Assembly: GCF_003019035.1 (NCBI RefSeq) | Contig: NZ_CP027447.1 | Direction: 5' to 3' (one strand) | Length of the DNA: 64,000 nucleotides | Source of the DNA: Escherichia coli | GTDB lineage: Bacteria; Pseudomonadota; Gammaproteobacteria; Enterobacterales; Enterobacteriaceae | In this document: positions 28,758 through 39,035 of the stretch, in pieces | How positions within the stretch are numbered: the first letter of the stretch is position 1 | How the letters are laid out: each line of letters opens with the position of its first letter | The notes under the pieces: model-generated | What the model was told of the DNA's origin: nothing | Database searches by the model: none | What the model saw: the letters and a program-made list of their open reading frames with translations, nothing else | Made by a program: the position numbers and the translations under genes

Positions 28758-30161
28758 TCAGGAAGGAAATGCGAGTGATTTCACCGTCACCGGCACAACC
28801 GATCCGCCAAAAAGAGGCGTACCAATGTCGATATAGTCCCCCGCGCGGACAATCACTTCGTCAATGACTGCCAACGGGAGTTGTTGTAGCTGTGGGCGCA
28901 ACAACATGCCCAGAGCTTTACCAAAGTCCTGCCCGGCCACCACCAGCAGGGGATGCGGATTCGGAAAACGCGCGACGAAATCGACCAACGCGTTGATGAC
29001 CGTCAGTACCGCGGCGTAACGCACAGGCAGCGAGGCGGGAAGCGCCAGCACGTACGCGTCAGTTTTAGGATCAAGATCCAGCTGAATCAGCGCCTGTTGC
29101 CAGGCACTCACCAGATCCTTTTCATCAATTGGGATCGCCACCGGCAAGTTGCGCAGCGGCAGTTGTACGCCCTCCAGCCAGATTGTGCTGCCAGAGAGCG
29201 AAAGGGTATGTGCACCCGCGCCAATCACCGTGGCGCGCACGGTTTGCGCCGGAAACTGCACGTTCATCTCACGCAGGCGCGGATGGTCATGCAGCGCCGT
29301 TGCCAGAAGCGGGCCAATATCGGCAAAACAGAACGGGTCGGCGGGCTGGTGGCGATAACATTCGCCCACGCCGCCAGAAAGCGTAATGATTTCGGGCGTA
29401 ACACCTGCGGGCAGCAAACCGGTTTGCATTAATGCCTGCGCGAGCGGCGAAAGCGTTCCGTCAATCACTTCGACAATCAGCTCTGCCATCCGCCGGGTAA
29501 CCTGCACCAGCTGCGCGCCGGTCAGCGAACGGGCGTCGGTGCCTGCGCCGAAGCACTCATCCACAATCATCTGCCCCGGTTTATGAGCGTAAACCACGCG
29601 CCCCTGGCTGTCGGTTTCCAGCAGGCGACCGCCGACATTGAGGCAGGCGGTGCCGCTGATTTTTCCGGCATCGAACAGGGCGTAGTTCGCGGTGCCACCG
29701 CCGATATCGATATTCAGGACCCGACACAGCCGTTGTTCAGAAAGGGTTTGCGCCCCGGCACCGTGACCGGCGATCACGGATTCGAGATGCGGTCCAGCGC
29801 TGGCGACGACAAAATCGCCCAGCGACTGGGAGAGCGTCATCACCGCCGGGCGAGCGTTGCGGGTTTTCGCGCTTTCACCGGTGATGATGATGGCACCAGA
29901 ATCAACGCTTTCCGGCGCAATGCCCGCAGCCTGATATTGCTCGAGGATTAAGGTTTTCAGTTCCGCTTCTTTTAAACCACCCTGTTTATCGACAGGGGTA
30001 AAGAACACCGGGCTTTGCCAGCTAATTTCGCGTTTGATGAATTCGTAGCGCGGCACCTGCGACACCGCCGCACGGTTAACCAGCTCCAGGTGGGAGAAAA
30101 TCACCTGGGTGGTGGTGGTGCCGATATCGATACCGACGCTCAGTAGCTGGCGAGTGTTCAC
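28758..30161 (-). CDS. eutA: Ethanolamine ammonia-lyase reactivase EutA
   Basis: 467-aa ORF MNTRQLLSVGIDIGTTTTQVIFSHL...; starts 11 bp after eutB with no intervening prophage. Confidence 0.9.
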   Translation of the reverse strand: MNTRQLLSVGIDIGTTTTQVIFSHLELVNRAAVSQVPRYEFIKREISWQSPVFFTPVDKQGGLKEAELKTLILEQYQAAGIAPESVDSGAIIITGESAKTRNARPAVMTLSQSLGDFVVASAGPHLESVIAGHGAGAQTLSEQRLCRVLNIDIGGGTANYALFDAGKISGTACLNVGGRLLETDSQGRVVYAHKPGQMIVDECFGAGTDARSLTGAQLVQVTRRMAELIVEVIDGTLSPLAQALMQTGLLPAGVTPEIITLSGGVGECYRHQPADPFCFADIGPLLATALHDHPRLREMNVQFPAQTVRATVIGAGAHTLSLSGSTIWLEGVQLPLRNLPVAIPIDEKDLVSAWQQALIQLDLDPKTDAYVLALPASLPVRYAAVLTVINALVDFVARFPNPHPLLVVAGQDFGKALGMLLRPQLQQLPLAVIDEVIVRAGDYIDIGTPLFGGSVVPVTVKSLAFPS

Positions 30162-31384
30162 GATTGCGCCTCCGCTTCGGTTTTAGCCGCGCTCGCGTCT
30201 TCTTTAGGTACCAGCATCATCGCCACGCCAATCGCCGTGACGCCGCCGATCAGCTTGCCGACAATCATCGGGAAGATCATGGCGTTCATGTTGGCAGCCG
30301 CGAAGCCTAAATGGTCGCCCAGGGCGAAAGCAGCGGAAACGGCGAAGGCACAGTTGATGACTTTGCCGCGGGTATCCATCTGCTTCATCATGCCAAACAT
30401 CGGGATGTTGTTGGCAAGCGTTGCCACCATGCCGGCTGCCGCTATATTGTTCATATTCAGCACCTTACCGACACTCATCAGCGGTTTTTCAAACCAGCGA
30501 GTCAGCAGCAGCACCATCGGATACGCCCCCAGCAGCACGCAGGAGATAGAACCGATAACTTCAATGGCGCGCATCACTTCACCGGGTTTGTCGCCTGGAG
30601 CCATGAAGATCGGATCCAGACCGGGGATCAGTTCCCAACCGAGCAGGAATTTCACTACCGCAGCGGCAAGACCGAGGGTGATCAATGCAACGAGGAATTT
30701 GGCGAAGATCTGGAAGCCGTTGATCATTTTTTCCGGGATGAATTTCAGCCCCAGCGCCACCAGCACCGCAACGATAAGTACCGGGATCATGTTCATCAGG
30801 ATCAGGGCAAAGGTGAATTCAACAGGCTGGCCGTTGATCTGCACACCGGAGTACATCGCTACCAGACCACCAGCGATACAGCCAATCGGAATGGTCACTA
30901 TGCCCGCCAGCACGCCGAGCGCCAGATAACGACGGTCAGAAGGTTCGATAATGCCGAGCGCCACCGGAATGGAAAACACAATCGTTGGCCCCATCATCGA
31001 CCCGAGAATTAACCCAGAGTATAGCCACGCTGCTACGTCACCGCCCGCCAGCTCTTTGGCGAGGAAGAAGCCGCCCATATCGCACGCCAGCAGTGTTCCA
31101 GCGAACATTGACGGGTTTGCGCCGAGCATTTCGTAAACCGGGATAATCACCGGCCCGAGTACGTGGGCCAGTACCGGTGCCAGCGCGGTCATACCGACCA
31201 TAGCCAGGCCCAGAGCGCCCATTGCCATAAAGCCTTCTTCGAACTGACCGCCGGATCCTTCGATACTTTTACCGAACTTACCGAGGAAACGAGCAGAACC
31301 GCCGAACTGCGACAGGATCCTGTCTACGGCAGCTATCAGCATAAAGAACATCATGATGTACATGATGATTTCGTTAATTCCCAT
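30158..31384 (-). CDS. eutH: Ethanolamine permease EutH
   Basis: 408-aa polytopic membrane ORF MGINEIIMYIMMFFMLIAAVDRILSQFGG... Confidence 0.9.
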   Translation of the reverse strand: MGINEIIMYIMMFFMLIAAVDRILSQFGGSARFLGKFGKSIEGSGGQFEEGFMAMGALGLAMVGMTALAPVLAHVLGPVIIPVYEMLGANPSMFAGTLLACDMGGFFLAKELAGGDVAAWLYSGLILGSMMGPTIVFSIPVALGIIEPSDRRYLALGVLAGIVTIPIGCIAGGLVAMYSGVQINGQPVEFTFALILMNMIPVLIVAVLVALGLKFIPEKMINGFQIFAKFLVALITLGLAAAVVKFLLGWELIPGLDPIFMAPGDKPGEVMRAIEVIGSISCVLLGAYPMVLLLTRWFEKPLMSVGKVLNMNNIAAAGMVATLANNIPMFGMMKQMDTRGKVINCAFAVSAAFALGDHLGFAAANMNAMIFPMIVGKLIGGVTAIGVAMMLVPKEDASAAKTEAEAQS

Positions 31385-31437
31385 CGCCTTTACTCCCTGT
31401 TAGTTGTTATTTATTGCCAATGCTGAAAGTGGGTTTT

Positions 31438-31556
31438 TCCCTCACTCTGGAAGCCGAGGGGCCGGGGTGAGGGTAATTGTTTGCACCGGCGCGACTCTGT
31501 TCCCCTCACCCTAACCCTCTCCCCAAAGGGGCGAGGGGACTGTCCGTACACTTTTA
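31438..31556. repeat. Composite GC-rich palindromic intergenic repeat (possibly Box C-type) in the eutH-eutG spacer
   Basis: Inverted repeat ccctcac...gtgaggg (31438-31472) followed by tgttcccctcaccctaaccctctccccaaaggggcgaggggactgtccgtacactttt; a second copy of the latter lies at 46998-47055. Confidence 0.7.
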
Positions 31557-32741
31557 TTGCGCCGCAGCATACAGACCAATAATCTGCTCCAGGCTGGCGG
31601 TACGCGGGTTGCTGCGCAGACAAATATCTTCCAGCGCGGCCTGCGCCCATGCGCCGTAATGTCCGGTGGTTGCGCCCACGTCTGCCAGCCGCTTGTTGAT
31701 CCCGACCTCCGCAATCAACTCACTTACCGCGTTAATAGCGTCACGATCGTCGGATTTTTTAGTTCGCAGTGCCCGGCCAATCTGACTAAACCGATCACGA
31801 CAAACCATCCGGTTAAATTCCATCACCGTTGGCAGCAACATAGCGTTCGCCAGACCGTGCGGAATATGCAGCGCCGCCCCTGGCTGATGCGCCATCGCGT
31901 GGCACAACCCAAGCCCCGCACTGGAAAACGCCATTCCCGCCATACATGAAGCCAGCAACATGCTCTCGCGGGCGGCAAGGTCGTGACCGTAGCCCACCGC
32001 TTTCGGCAGCGATTTGCCAATCATCGCAATGGCACCAATCGCCAGACTGTCGGTAAACGGTGTGGCGTTCAGCGCGCTGTACGCTTCAATGGCATGGGTT
32101 AACGCATCAATGCCAGTCATCGCCGTGACATGCGACGGCACACCTTCGGTCAATGCGGCGTCGAGAATCGCCACATCCGGCATCAGCGAGGCATGGGCTA
32201 ACACCTGCTTACGCCCGCTCACCGCATCGATAATCACCGTTACGTTGGTGGTTTCAGAGCCGGTTCCGGCGGTAGTCGGAATGGCAATCAACGGCAGGCG
32301 CGATTGCAGAACGCTGGTTTCTGACATCTCTGCCAGCGTGCTATCCGGGTTCGTCACCAGCAACGCCACGGCTTTTGCTGCATCCAGCACCGAGCCGCCG
32401 CCAAACGCAATCACCCCGTCACAGCCTGATTCACGCAACTGCGCCACGGCTGCACACACGTCGGTGATGCATGGTTCGCCCACCGGACATGGCCAGAGCG
32501 TCATGGCGATACCTTTAACGGCCAGGCTACGTGTCAGCCCGGCGGTCATCCCTGCCTGATGCAAAAAGCTGTCTGCCATCACGAACAGATGTTTCAGCCC
32601 ACGCGTTTGCGCTTGCTGCCCACAACTGCTCACCGCGCCCGGACCGCAAAGCGTCACCGGTGGAACGCTAAATGTTTTTACCCGTTGCAGATTCAGGGTA
32701 TCGAACGCCTGAAAGAGCGCGGTCTGCAATTCATTTTGCAT
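31554..32741 (-). CDS. eutG: Iron-containing alcohol dehydrogenase EutG
   Basis: 395-aa ORF MQNELQTALFQAFDTLNLQRVKTF...; Fe-ADH motifs GGGSVLDAAKAVA. Confidence 0.9.
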   Translation of the reverse strand: MQNELQTALFQAFDTLNLQRVKTFSVPPVTLCGPGAVSSCGQQAQTRGLKHLFVMADSFLHQAGMTAGLTRSLAVKGIAMTLWPCPVGEPCITDVCAAVAQLRESGCDGVIAFGGGSVLDAAKAVALLVTNPDSTLAEMSETSVLQSRLPLIAIPTTAGTGSETTNVTVIIDAVSGRKQVLAHASLMPDVAILDAALTEGVPSHVTAMTGIDALTHAIEAYSALNATPFTDSLAIGAIAMIGKSLPKAVGYGHDLAARESMLLASCMAGMAFSSAGLGLCHAMAHQPGAALHIPHGLANAMLLPTVMEFNRMVCRDRFSQIGRALRTKKSDDRDAINAVSELIAEVGINKRLADVGATTGHYGAWAQAALEDICLRSNPRTASLEQIIGLYAAAQ

Positions 32742-33567
32742 ATAGCCCCTCCGCTTTCTCTCGCCCGCTACTGGCGATCGCCAGCGGGGTCATAAACAAA
32801 CTGTGCTGCGGTAAATGCACCTGTAACGCCGGAAATTGTTTGCGAAACAGTTCCGCCACGCCCGGTTGCATACAAGAGCCGCCCGCCAGCCATAAATCCG
32901 TAATGCCCTGCCCTTCAATATGCCGGGCGACAATGTCCGCCATTTTTTCGTACACCGGTTTCACCGCGGGCCAAATCTCTTCACCGTGACCGCGCTTGTA
33001 CTGCTCTGCCTCTTCCAGCGAAATACGACGATTTCCGGCGAGAGTCAGAGAGATGTGATGTCCGCCGGTCGCTTCATCCGCCGAGTACGTCACCTTGCCC
33101 TTTTTCACGATGGCAATACCAGTAGTGCCACCGCCGATATCCACTACACCGGCGTTGTCCAGTTGCAGCAGATCCGCGACTGCGGTTGGCTCATCCAGTA
33201 CATGGCTCACTTCCAGTCCGGCAGATTCCAGCACGTTGATGGAAATACGCGGGTCCGTACCTGGAGGAAAAGAGGTCGCCGCATGGCTAAAACGGCGACC
33301 GAATTGCTGCTCGAGGGTGTCGAGATGGCGACGAACAATGGTGACCGCACCGAAGAAATCCCAGACGATGCCGTCGCGGACCACATCAGCCCAGTCGAGG
33401 CATACCGCCACCGGCTGACCGTCGCGGTCGACAACCATCGACACCACATCGCAGGTGCCCAGATCCACCCCCAGCCACAGCGGAGATTCCGTCGCGGCGG
33501 GCGTCTGGTTACACAGCGTTGCCGCCGTTTGCAGACGTGGGGTGAGCCATTGTTCGTCGTGCGCCAT
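32731..33567 (-). CDS. eutJ: Hsp70/actin-fold chaperone-like protein EutJ
   Basis: 278-aa ORF MAHDEQWLTPRLQTAATLCNQ...; ATPase motifs LGVDLGTCD and VVDIGGGTTGIAI. Confidence 0.9.
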   Translation of the reverse strand: MAHDEQWLTPRLQTAATLCNQTPAATESPLWLGVDLGTCDVVSMVVDRDGQPVAVCLDWADVVRDGIVWDFFGAVTIVRRHLDTLEQQFGRRFSHAATSFPPGTDPRISINVLESAGLEVSHVLDEPTAVADLLQLDNAGVVDIGGGTTGIAIVKKGKVTYSADEATGGHHISLTLAGNRRISLEEAEQYKRGHGEEIWPAVKPVYEKMADIVARHIEGQGITDLWLAGGSCMQPGVAELFRKQFPALQVHLPQHSLFMTPLAIASSGREKAEGLYAK

Positions 33568-33577
33568 CGGTTACTCC

Positions 33578-34981
33578 TTAAACAATGCGAAACGCATCGA
33601 CTAATACACAGCGACGCAGACGGACAAACGTCCGCGCGCTGGTTACCCCTTCACCGGTTGGCGTGGTGATGGTCATCGTGGTCCAGCCTTCCCCGCCCAG
33701 CCCCAGCCCGGCAATGCACGGTCCGTTCTTAACGAAAATGCTGGTATCAATGGCGTTCGCCATCTGGTTCATGTTTTCGATGTTGCGCGAGTGCATTGCC
33801 GCCGTGTGGTGGCAACCGCCTTCCAGTTTCACCGCCAGCGCAATGGCATCCGCCACGTTGGCGACGCGCACGACGGGCAGCACCGGCATCATCAGTTCAG
33901 TCACAGCAAACGGATGTTCTGCGGTGGTTTCTACAAACAGCAGTCGCGTTTGTTCCGGAACTTTAAGGCCGATTGCCGCCGCGATTTTCGCCGCATCGCG
34001 ACCAACCCAGTCACGGCTGACGGTGCCTTTTCCGCACTCGTCGATATTTTTCAGCAACACCGATTGCAGTTGCTGCGCCTGCTCTGCGGTCAGTTTCACC
34101 GCATGCTGGCCTTCCATCAGACGCATCAGTTCATCGGCTACGCTATCAACAACAATCAGTACCTTTTCGTCGGCACAAATGATGTTGTTATCGAAAGACG
34201 CGCCTTTGACGATGGACTGAGCAGCACGGGCGAGGTCGGCGGTTTCATCCACCACTACCGGCGGGTTGCCAGCGCCTGCGGCAATCAGACGTTTATTGGT
34301 GTGTTTACGCGCCGCTTCCACTACCGCTTCGCCGCCGGTCACCACCAGCAGGCCGATACCCGGGAACTTGAACAAACGTTGCGCGGTTTCGATATCCGGA
34401 TTGGCCACAGTAACCAGTAAGTTTTCCGGCCCGCCTGCGGCAACAATCGCCTGGTTGAGCAGCGTAATCGCCCGCTGGGAGACTTTTTTCGCCGCCGGAT
34501 GCGGGGCAAAAATGACGCTGTTGCCCGCGGCAATCAGGCTGATGGCGTTGTTAATTACGGTTGCCGCCGGGTTAGTGGAAGGCGTCACCGAAGCCACCAC
34601 GCCCCAGGGCGCGTTTTCAATCAGGGTCAGGCCGTTGTCACCGGTCAGCACCTGTGGTGAGAGGCACTCAACGCCTGGTGTGCCGCGCGCCTGAGCGACG
34701 TTTTTGGCAAATTTATCTTCAACGCGCCCCATGCCGGTTTCACTGACGGCAAGTTCCGCTAAATCTCTGGCGTGTTTTTCGCCTGCCTCACGAATGGCAG
34801 CAATGGCTAACTGGCGCATTGCCACGCTTTTTAACCCTTGCTGGGCGACTTTGGCTGCCGCAACGGCGTCATCCAGGGACGCGAAAACGCCCATCTCATG
34901 AACGGCGGCGGGCGGCGTGTCACTGCTTTGCATTTTCAGCAGTACCGCTTTCACCACCTGTTCAATATCCTGTTGATTCAT
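33578..34981 (-). CDS. eutE: Acetaldehyde dehydrogenase (CoA-acylating) EutE
   Basis: 467-aa ORF MNQQDIEQVVKAVLLKMQSS... (N-terminal encapsulation-like helix) plus ALDH fold. Confidence 0.9.
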   Translation of the reverse strand: MNQQDIEQVVKAVLLKMQSSDTPPAAVHEMGVFASLDDAVAAAKVAQQGLKSVAMRQLAIAAIREAGEKHARDLAELAVSETGMGRVEDKFAKNVAQARGTPGVECLSPQVLTGDNGLTLIENAPWGVVASVTPSTNPAATVINNAISLIAAGNSVIFAPHPAAKKVSQRAITLLNQAIVAAGGPENLLVTVANPDIETAQRLFKFPGIGLLVVTGGEAVVEAARKHTNKRLIAAGAGNPPVVVDETADLARAAQSIVKGASFDNNIICADEKVLIVVDSVADELMRLMEGQHAVKLTAEQAQQLQSVLLKNIDECGKGTVSRDWVGRDAAKIAAAIGLKVPEQTRLLFVETTAEHPFAVTELMMPVLPVVRVANVADAIALAVKLEGGCHHTAAMHSRNIENMNQMANAIDTSIFVKNGPCIAGLGLGGEGWTTMTITTPTGEGVTSARTFVRLRRCVLVDAFRIV

Positions 34982-34992
34982 GATGTTCTGCC

Positions 34993-35280
34993 TTATTTGT
35001 GGAAAATGACCTGACCGCCAGACACCACCTCATCGACGATGCCAATCACGCACAGATCGACCGGTGACGTTTCGCTTTTATGCGCCTGGCGGGCGGAACT
35101 GCCACTCACCAGCAACACCCACTCCCCGGTTCCCGCGCCAATATTGTCGATGGCGACGGCGCATTGCCCGTCAGGATTACCTTGTGGATCAATCATTTCC
35201 ACCATCAGCAATTTGTCATGCGCCAGTCCGTGATGGCGTACGGTACAAACAATTTGTCCAGTGACGACTGCCAGTTTCAT
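34993..35280 (-). CDS. eutN: BMC vertex (pentamer) protein EutN
   Basis: 95-aa ORF MKLAVVTGQIVCTVRHHGLAHDKLLMVEMIDPQG... Confidence 0.9.
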   Translation of the reverse strand: MKLAVVTGQIVCTVRHHGLAHDKLLMVEMIDPQGNPDGQCAVAIDNIGAGTGEWVLLVSGSSARQAHKSETSPVDLCVIGIVDEVVSGGQVIFHK

Positions 35281-35386
35281 ACCCGCCTCCGTGGCGTATT
35301 TCAGGTAAAAGCTCCCCCTACCCTCCGCAGAAGGTAAAATGAAAAAGGAGAGAGCGTGACGCCCGAATCGACGTCACACAGGGTGA

Positions 35387-35680
35387 TTACAGGTTGCTGC
35401 TATCGCCTTTCAGGCCGATCGGGAAGACTTCTTCCAGGTCGCCGTGCGGACGCGGGATAACGTGTACAGATACCAGCTCGCCGATACGCTGTGCCGCTGC
35501 GGCACCTGCATCGGTCGCGGCTTTACAGGCTGCAACATCACCACGAACCATGGCAGTACACAGGCCGCCGCCAATCTGCTTAACACCAACCAGCTTGACG
35601 CGCGCAGCTTTAACCATCGCGTCAGAAGCCTCAATCAGTGCAACCAGGCCCCGGGTTTCGATCATTCCTAATGCTTCCAT
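35387..35680 (-). CDS. eutM: BMC hexamer shell protein EutM
   Basis: ORF track 35387..35722(-) trimmed to [40 protein letters not shown]; 97 aa. Confidence 0.85.
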   Translation of the reverse strand: MEALGMIETRGLVALIEASDAMVKAARVKLVGVKQIGGGLCTAMVRGDVAACKAATDAGAAAAQRIGELVSVHVIPRPHGDLEEVFPIGLKGDSSNL

Positions 35681-35718
35681 TGTGCTTTCCTCTTTATCAG
35701 GGTCCAGAACGGGACCGT

Positions 35719-36735
35719 TCATTCAACCAGTGTTTGTAAACTGCTTTCGCGGTTCACTTCTGTCTGACGCGGCACAGCTGCCACCAGCGCCAGTTCGATA
35801 ATTTCCTGCACGCTACAACCACGAGAGAGATCGTGCATCGGCGCGGCAAGTCCTTGTATCAATGGCCCGACGGCACGATATCCGCCAAGTCGTTGTGCGA
35901 TTTTGTAGCCAATATTTCCGGCTTCCAGCGACGGAAAAACCATCACATTGGCCTTGCCTTGTAGCGGGCTGGCAGGCGCTTTTTGCGCCGCCACTTCCGG
36001 CACGAAGGCGGCGTCAAACTGCAACTCGCCATCGACAACCAGCTTTGGTGCGCGCTCACGGACGATTTCTGTCGCCTGCTGCACGTTGGCAACGCAGGGG
36101 TGACGGGCACTACCGTTGCTGGAAAACGACAGCATCGCCACGCGCGGTTCTTCTCCGGTGATGGCGCGCCAGGTTTCGGCGCTGGCAAGCGCGATATCCG
36201 CCAACTGCGCCGCCGTCGGCTGTGGCACCACGCTGCAATCGGCAAAACCCAACGCCGGACCGCTGTACTGTGGCAGCATCAGGAAAATGGATGAGAGCGT
36301 TTTACAGCCTGGCTGCAAGCCAATAATGCGTAATCCGGCACGCAGCACATTCGCCGTGGAAGAGAGGTTGCCCGCGATACAGACATCCGCTTTACCGGCG
36401 CTGACCATTGCTGCGGCGAACATCAGCGGGTCGGTAAGTTTTTCCAGCGCATCCGGCGGCGTTTTTTCGCCCGCGCGGGCCAGCCAGCGATGAGCAAATT
36501 CTTCCCGCATTGCGAGGTTGCCATGCGGATCAATCACCTGTAGCCCGTCCATCGCCACGCCATGACTGAGCGCAAACTGACGAAGTTCAAACGGATTGGC
36601 GACCAGAATGGGCGTTGCCAGACCTTGTTGATGTAAATATTGCGCAGCTTTCAGCACACGTTGATCTAACGCATCCGGAAAAACTACTCTGGCGGGCGCT
36701 CGCAACGCCAGTTCACGACAACGTTTAATAATCAT
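35719..36735 (-). CDS. eutD: Phosphotransacetylase EutD
   Basis: 338-aa [41 protein letters not shown]... Confidence 0.9.
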   Translation of the reverse strand: MIIKRCRELALRAPARVVFPDALDQRVLKAAQYLHQQGLATPILVANPFELRQFALSHGVAMDGLQVIDPHGNLAMREEFAHRWLARAGEKTPPDALEKLTDPLMFAAAMVSAGKADVCIAGNLSSTANVLRAGLRIIGLQPGCKTLSSIFLMLPQYSGPALGFADCSVVPQPTAAQLADIALASAETWRAITGEEPRVAMLSFSSNGSARHPCVANVQQATEIVRERAPKLVVDGELQFDAAFVPEVAAQKAPASPLQGKANVMVFPSLEAGNIGYKIAQRLGGYRAVGPLIQGLAAPMHDLSRGCSVQEIIELALVAAVPRQTEVNRESSLQTLVE

Positions 36736-37535
36736 TGCGTTTCCCCCAGTCGTTGTTGGATCTGCTTCACCGTTAGCGGTTGTTTCGCTACGCTCAGGAT
36801 CATCATCACGTAAACCGTGCTCGAAAGGCGGTTCAGCGCCTGCAAAATGTCCGGGCGTAATACTTCAAAGCTGCGGGTGATAAAGACCTGCGCCGCTACG
36901 GTTTCGGTTTCCCGCACTTTGGTGCGTAGCAGATTTAGCAACGCCGCATCGCGCCCGTGGCTGGCTTCCGGCACCAGATGATCGTGGTCGAGATAACGCA
37001 GCGGCTGGTGAGAAAGCCGATGCAGATCTTCGTCAGAAAGCCCGACAATCGCTTGGCAGGCCAGCGGTTCCCCCAGCGCATCGGCACGCATAATGTTGCC
37101 AAGACGCGAACGGATATCCGCCAGCCACGGCTGCCACGGTTCCGCCAGTTCAATTTGCAGCCACACTGCCAGCGCAATGGTGCTGTCGAGAACCGCGCGA
37201 AAAGCCAGGCGCGGATCGCTTTTGGCAACCATTTTTTCCGCCGACAGGTGAGTCAGCGTATCCGGCTTTTTTGCCACCGGCTGGCGGCACAGTTCGCAGC
37301 ACGCCTGCGGATGTTCATCGCTACTGGTAAGCCCGTGAACGGGCTGCGGCTGCTGCTGTTCATCGTCAACAAACAGGCGGCCCTGCTCGTCAATAAACTT
37401 GATGCGCAGATGGCGGCTTTCCAGTAACTCCCGGGCAGAGGGCGTCAGGCGACTGTCCGCAGGGAGATGGATCTCTGCGCCTTCGCTGAGCGTATGGTTC
37501 GCTCTTAGCCATGCTTCGGTGATGAAATCTTTCAT
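36732..37535 (-). CDS. eutT: Cobalamin adenosyltransferase EutT
   Basis: 267-aa [41 protein letters not shown]... Confidence 0.9.
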   Translation of the reverse strand: MKDFITEAWLRANHTLSEGAEIHLPADSRLTPSARELLESRHLRIKFIDEQGRLFVDDEQQQPQPVHGLTSSDEHPQACCELCRQPVAKKPDTLTHLSAEKMVAKSDPRLAFRAVLDSTIALAVWLQIELAEPWQPWLADIRSRLGNIMRADALGEPLACQAIVGLSDEDLHRLSHQPLRYLDHDHLVPEASHGRDAALLNLLRTKVRETETVAAQVFITRSFEVLRPDILQALNRLSSTVYVMMILSVAKQPLTVKQIQQRLGETQ

Positions 37536-38233
37536 AGGGATTGCCAGTTAGCCGGCCAGGCGACATACAGGAATTTCACGCTGGATGTCGTACCAAATTC
37601 GATACTGGAGCCTTTCGGGATAAACATCACATCGCCCGCTTTGGCGATCATAGTTTCGCCTTCGTGGCGAACATGCAGCTCCCCTTCCAGCACCATGTCG
37701 ATTTCGTCGTAGTTCAGGGTCCACGGAAAGAAGGCGTTCTCCCACTGCATGAAACCAGCGGCCATACTGCTGCCGTCGTCTCCGGTCACGAGATCAGTCA
37801 AGCCTACGCAGTGCGGTTCCGCGCCATCGAAACGACCAAACTTGACGCTGCTGCCATCAATCACTTTGATGCCGCCTTTGCCGGTCACCGATTTGAAGCT
37901 CGGCTGCATTGCACCCTGCTCCAGTGACTGTTTTTCCTTCATCACTTTTTCCATCAGCTGCGCGACCAGGCTTTCGGTAAACTGGCCTTCCGGTAGCTGG
38001 GCGATGATGGTTTCGCGGATGCGCTGGCTTTCGGTTTTATCGGCTGGCACGCTGGCGGGAACGGACGTCGTTACCGCAGTCGATTCATCACATTCGGTGA
38101 TGGTAAAACCCAACAGATCCGCCACTTCACGGGCTTCCGGGGTAATAATGCTGGCGCGCAGAACCACGGACATTGCCTGTTCGCCGCGCGCGTGTGCTTC
38201 ACGAATATCATTCGCTGTGATGAGTTTTTTCAC
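37532..38233 (-). CDS. eutQ: Cupin-fold acetate kinase EutQ
   Basis: 233-aa ORF MKKLITANDIREAHARGEQAMSVVLRASIITPEAREV... Confidence 0.9.
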   Translation of the reverse strand: MKKLITANDIREAHARGEQAMSVVLRASIITPEAREVADLLGFTITECDESTAVTTSVPASVPADKTESQRIRETIIAQLPEGQFTESLVAQLMEKVMKEKQSLEQGAMQPSFKSVTGKGGIKVIDGSSVKFGRFDGAEPHCVGLTDLVTGDDGSSMAAGFMQWENAFFPWTLNYDEIDMVLEGELHVRHEGETMIAKAGDVMFIPKGSSIEFGTTSSVKFLYVAWPANWQSL

Positions 38234-38687
38234 CTGCTTCCTCCTGTTTGGTGAGAGATGCCAGATAATCCACCAGTTGCTGCACGCTTTGCGGGTCGTG
38301 GCTGTTTAGCTCGAAAATCGGCTCTTCGAAGCCCGTCTCAAGCAATAACTTTCGCGTTGCGGCGACGTCAGCATCCGGCATGTCCGTTTTACTGATGACG
38401 GCGATTTGCCGTTTGCTGACGCCAATATCCAGCAACCCGGCAGGCAACCGACTTTCCGGGTCATTCGCGCCGTGGACATAGATCAGCATGTCCACATCCT
38501 GTAGCGTGGTAATTAAGGCGTGATACCAGCGGGGATGGCTGAAATATTCACCCGGCGTATCAATATCGCCCTTATCATTAAATTCCACGGCCTGTGTTTT
38601 TCTGGCGAGGGTATAATTCCCCTGCAACGCATTAAATAACGTTGTTTTTCCTGCCCCGACGGTACCCACAAACGCAATTCGTTTCAT
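38208..38687 (-). CDS. eutP: P-loop NTPase / acetate kinase EutP
   Basis: 159-aa ORF MKRIAFVGTVGAGKTTLFNALQG (Walker A). Confidence 0.85.
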   Translation of the reverse strand: MKRIAFVGTVGAGKTTLFNALQGNYTLARKTQAVEFNDKGDIDTPGEYFSHPRWYHALITTLQDVDMLIYVHGANDPESRLPAGLLDIGVSKRQIAVISKTDMPDADVAATRKLLLETGFEEPIFELNSHDPQSVQQLVDYLASLTKQEEAGEKTHHSE

Positions 38688-38699
38688 GAATGCCTCGTA

Positions 38700-39035
38700 T
38701 TAACTTTTGGTCATTTCACAAAGCGTATAATTTAATAAGCGTCCTAAACCACTGACGGTTTGTGATAACGCTTCTTCTACTGCGCCCACCGAGCCATAAA
38801 TCACCAGCGCGCCGCTAAAACGGTCGAGAAAACCGATATGCACATCGGCGGCTTTCAACGCTAAATCACCGGCGATCATCGCCGTTTCTCCGGGAGTTAG
38901 CGTCATAATGCCGATTGCGCCCGCATCCGGAACGCCGATTTTCTTCGCCAGTTCCTCGCCGGGATGCGCGATGAGATGCGCCAGTGTGACCTGTTTACCG
39001 GGCACAAATTCCTGAATGATGCGTTCTTTATCCAT
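38700..39035 (-). CDS. eutS: BMC shell protein EutS
   Basis: ORF track 38700..39107(-) trimmed to [32 protein letters not shown]; 111 aa; first gene of the eut operon. Confidence 0.85.

Noticed and set aside
30237-31012. Two overlapping roughly 230-aa plus-strand ORFs inside eutH
   Set aside because: Antisense frames of the eutH permease gene; His/Arg/Pro-rich, not protein-like.
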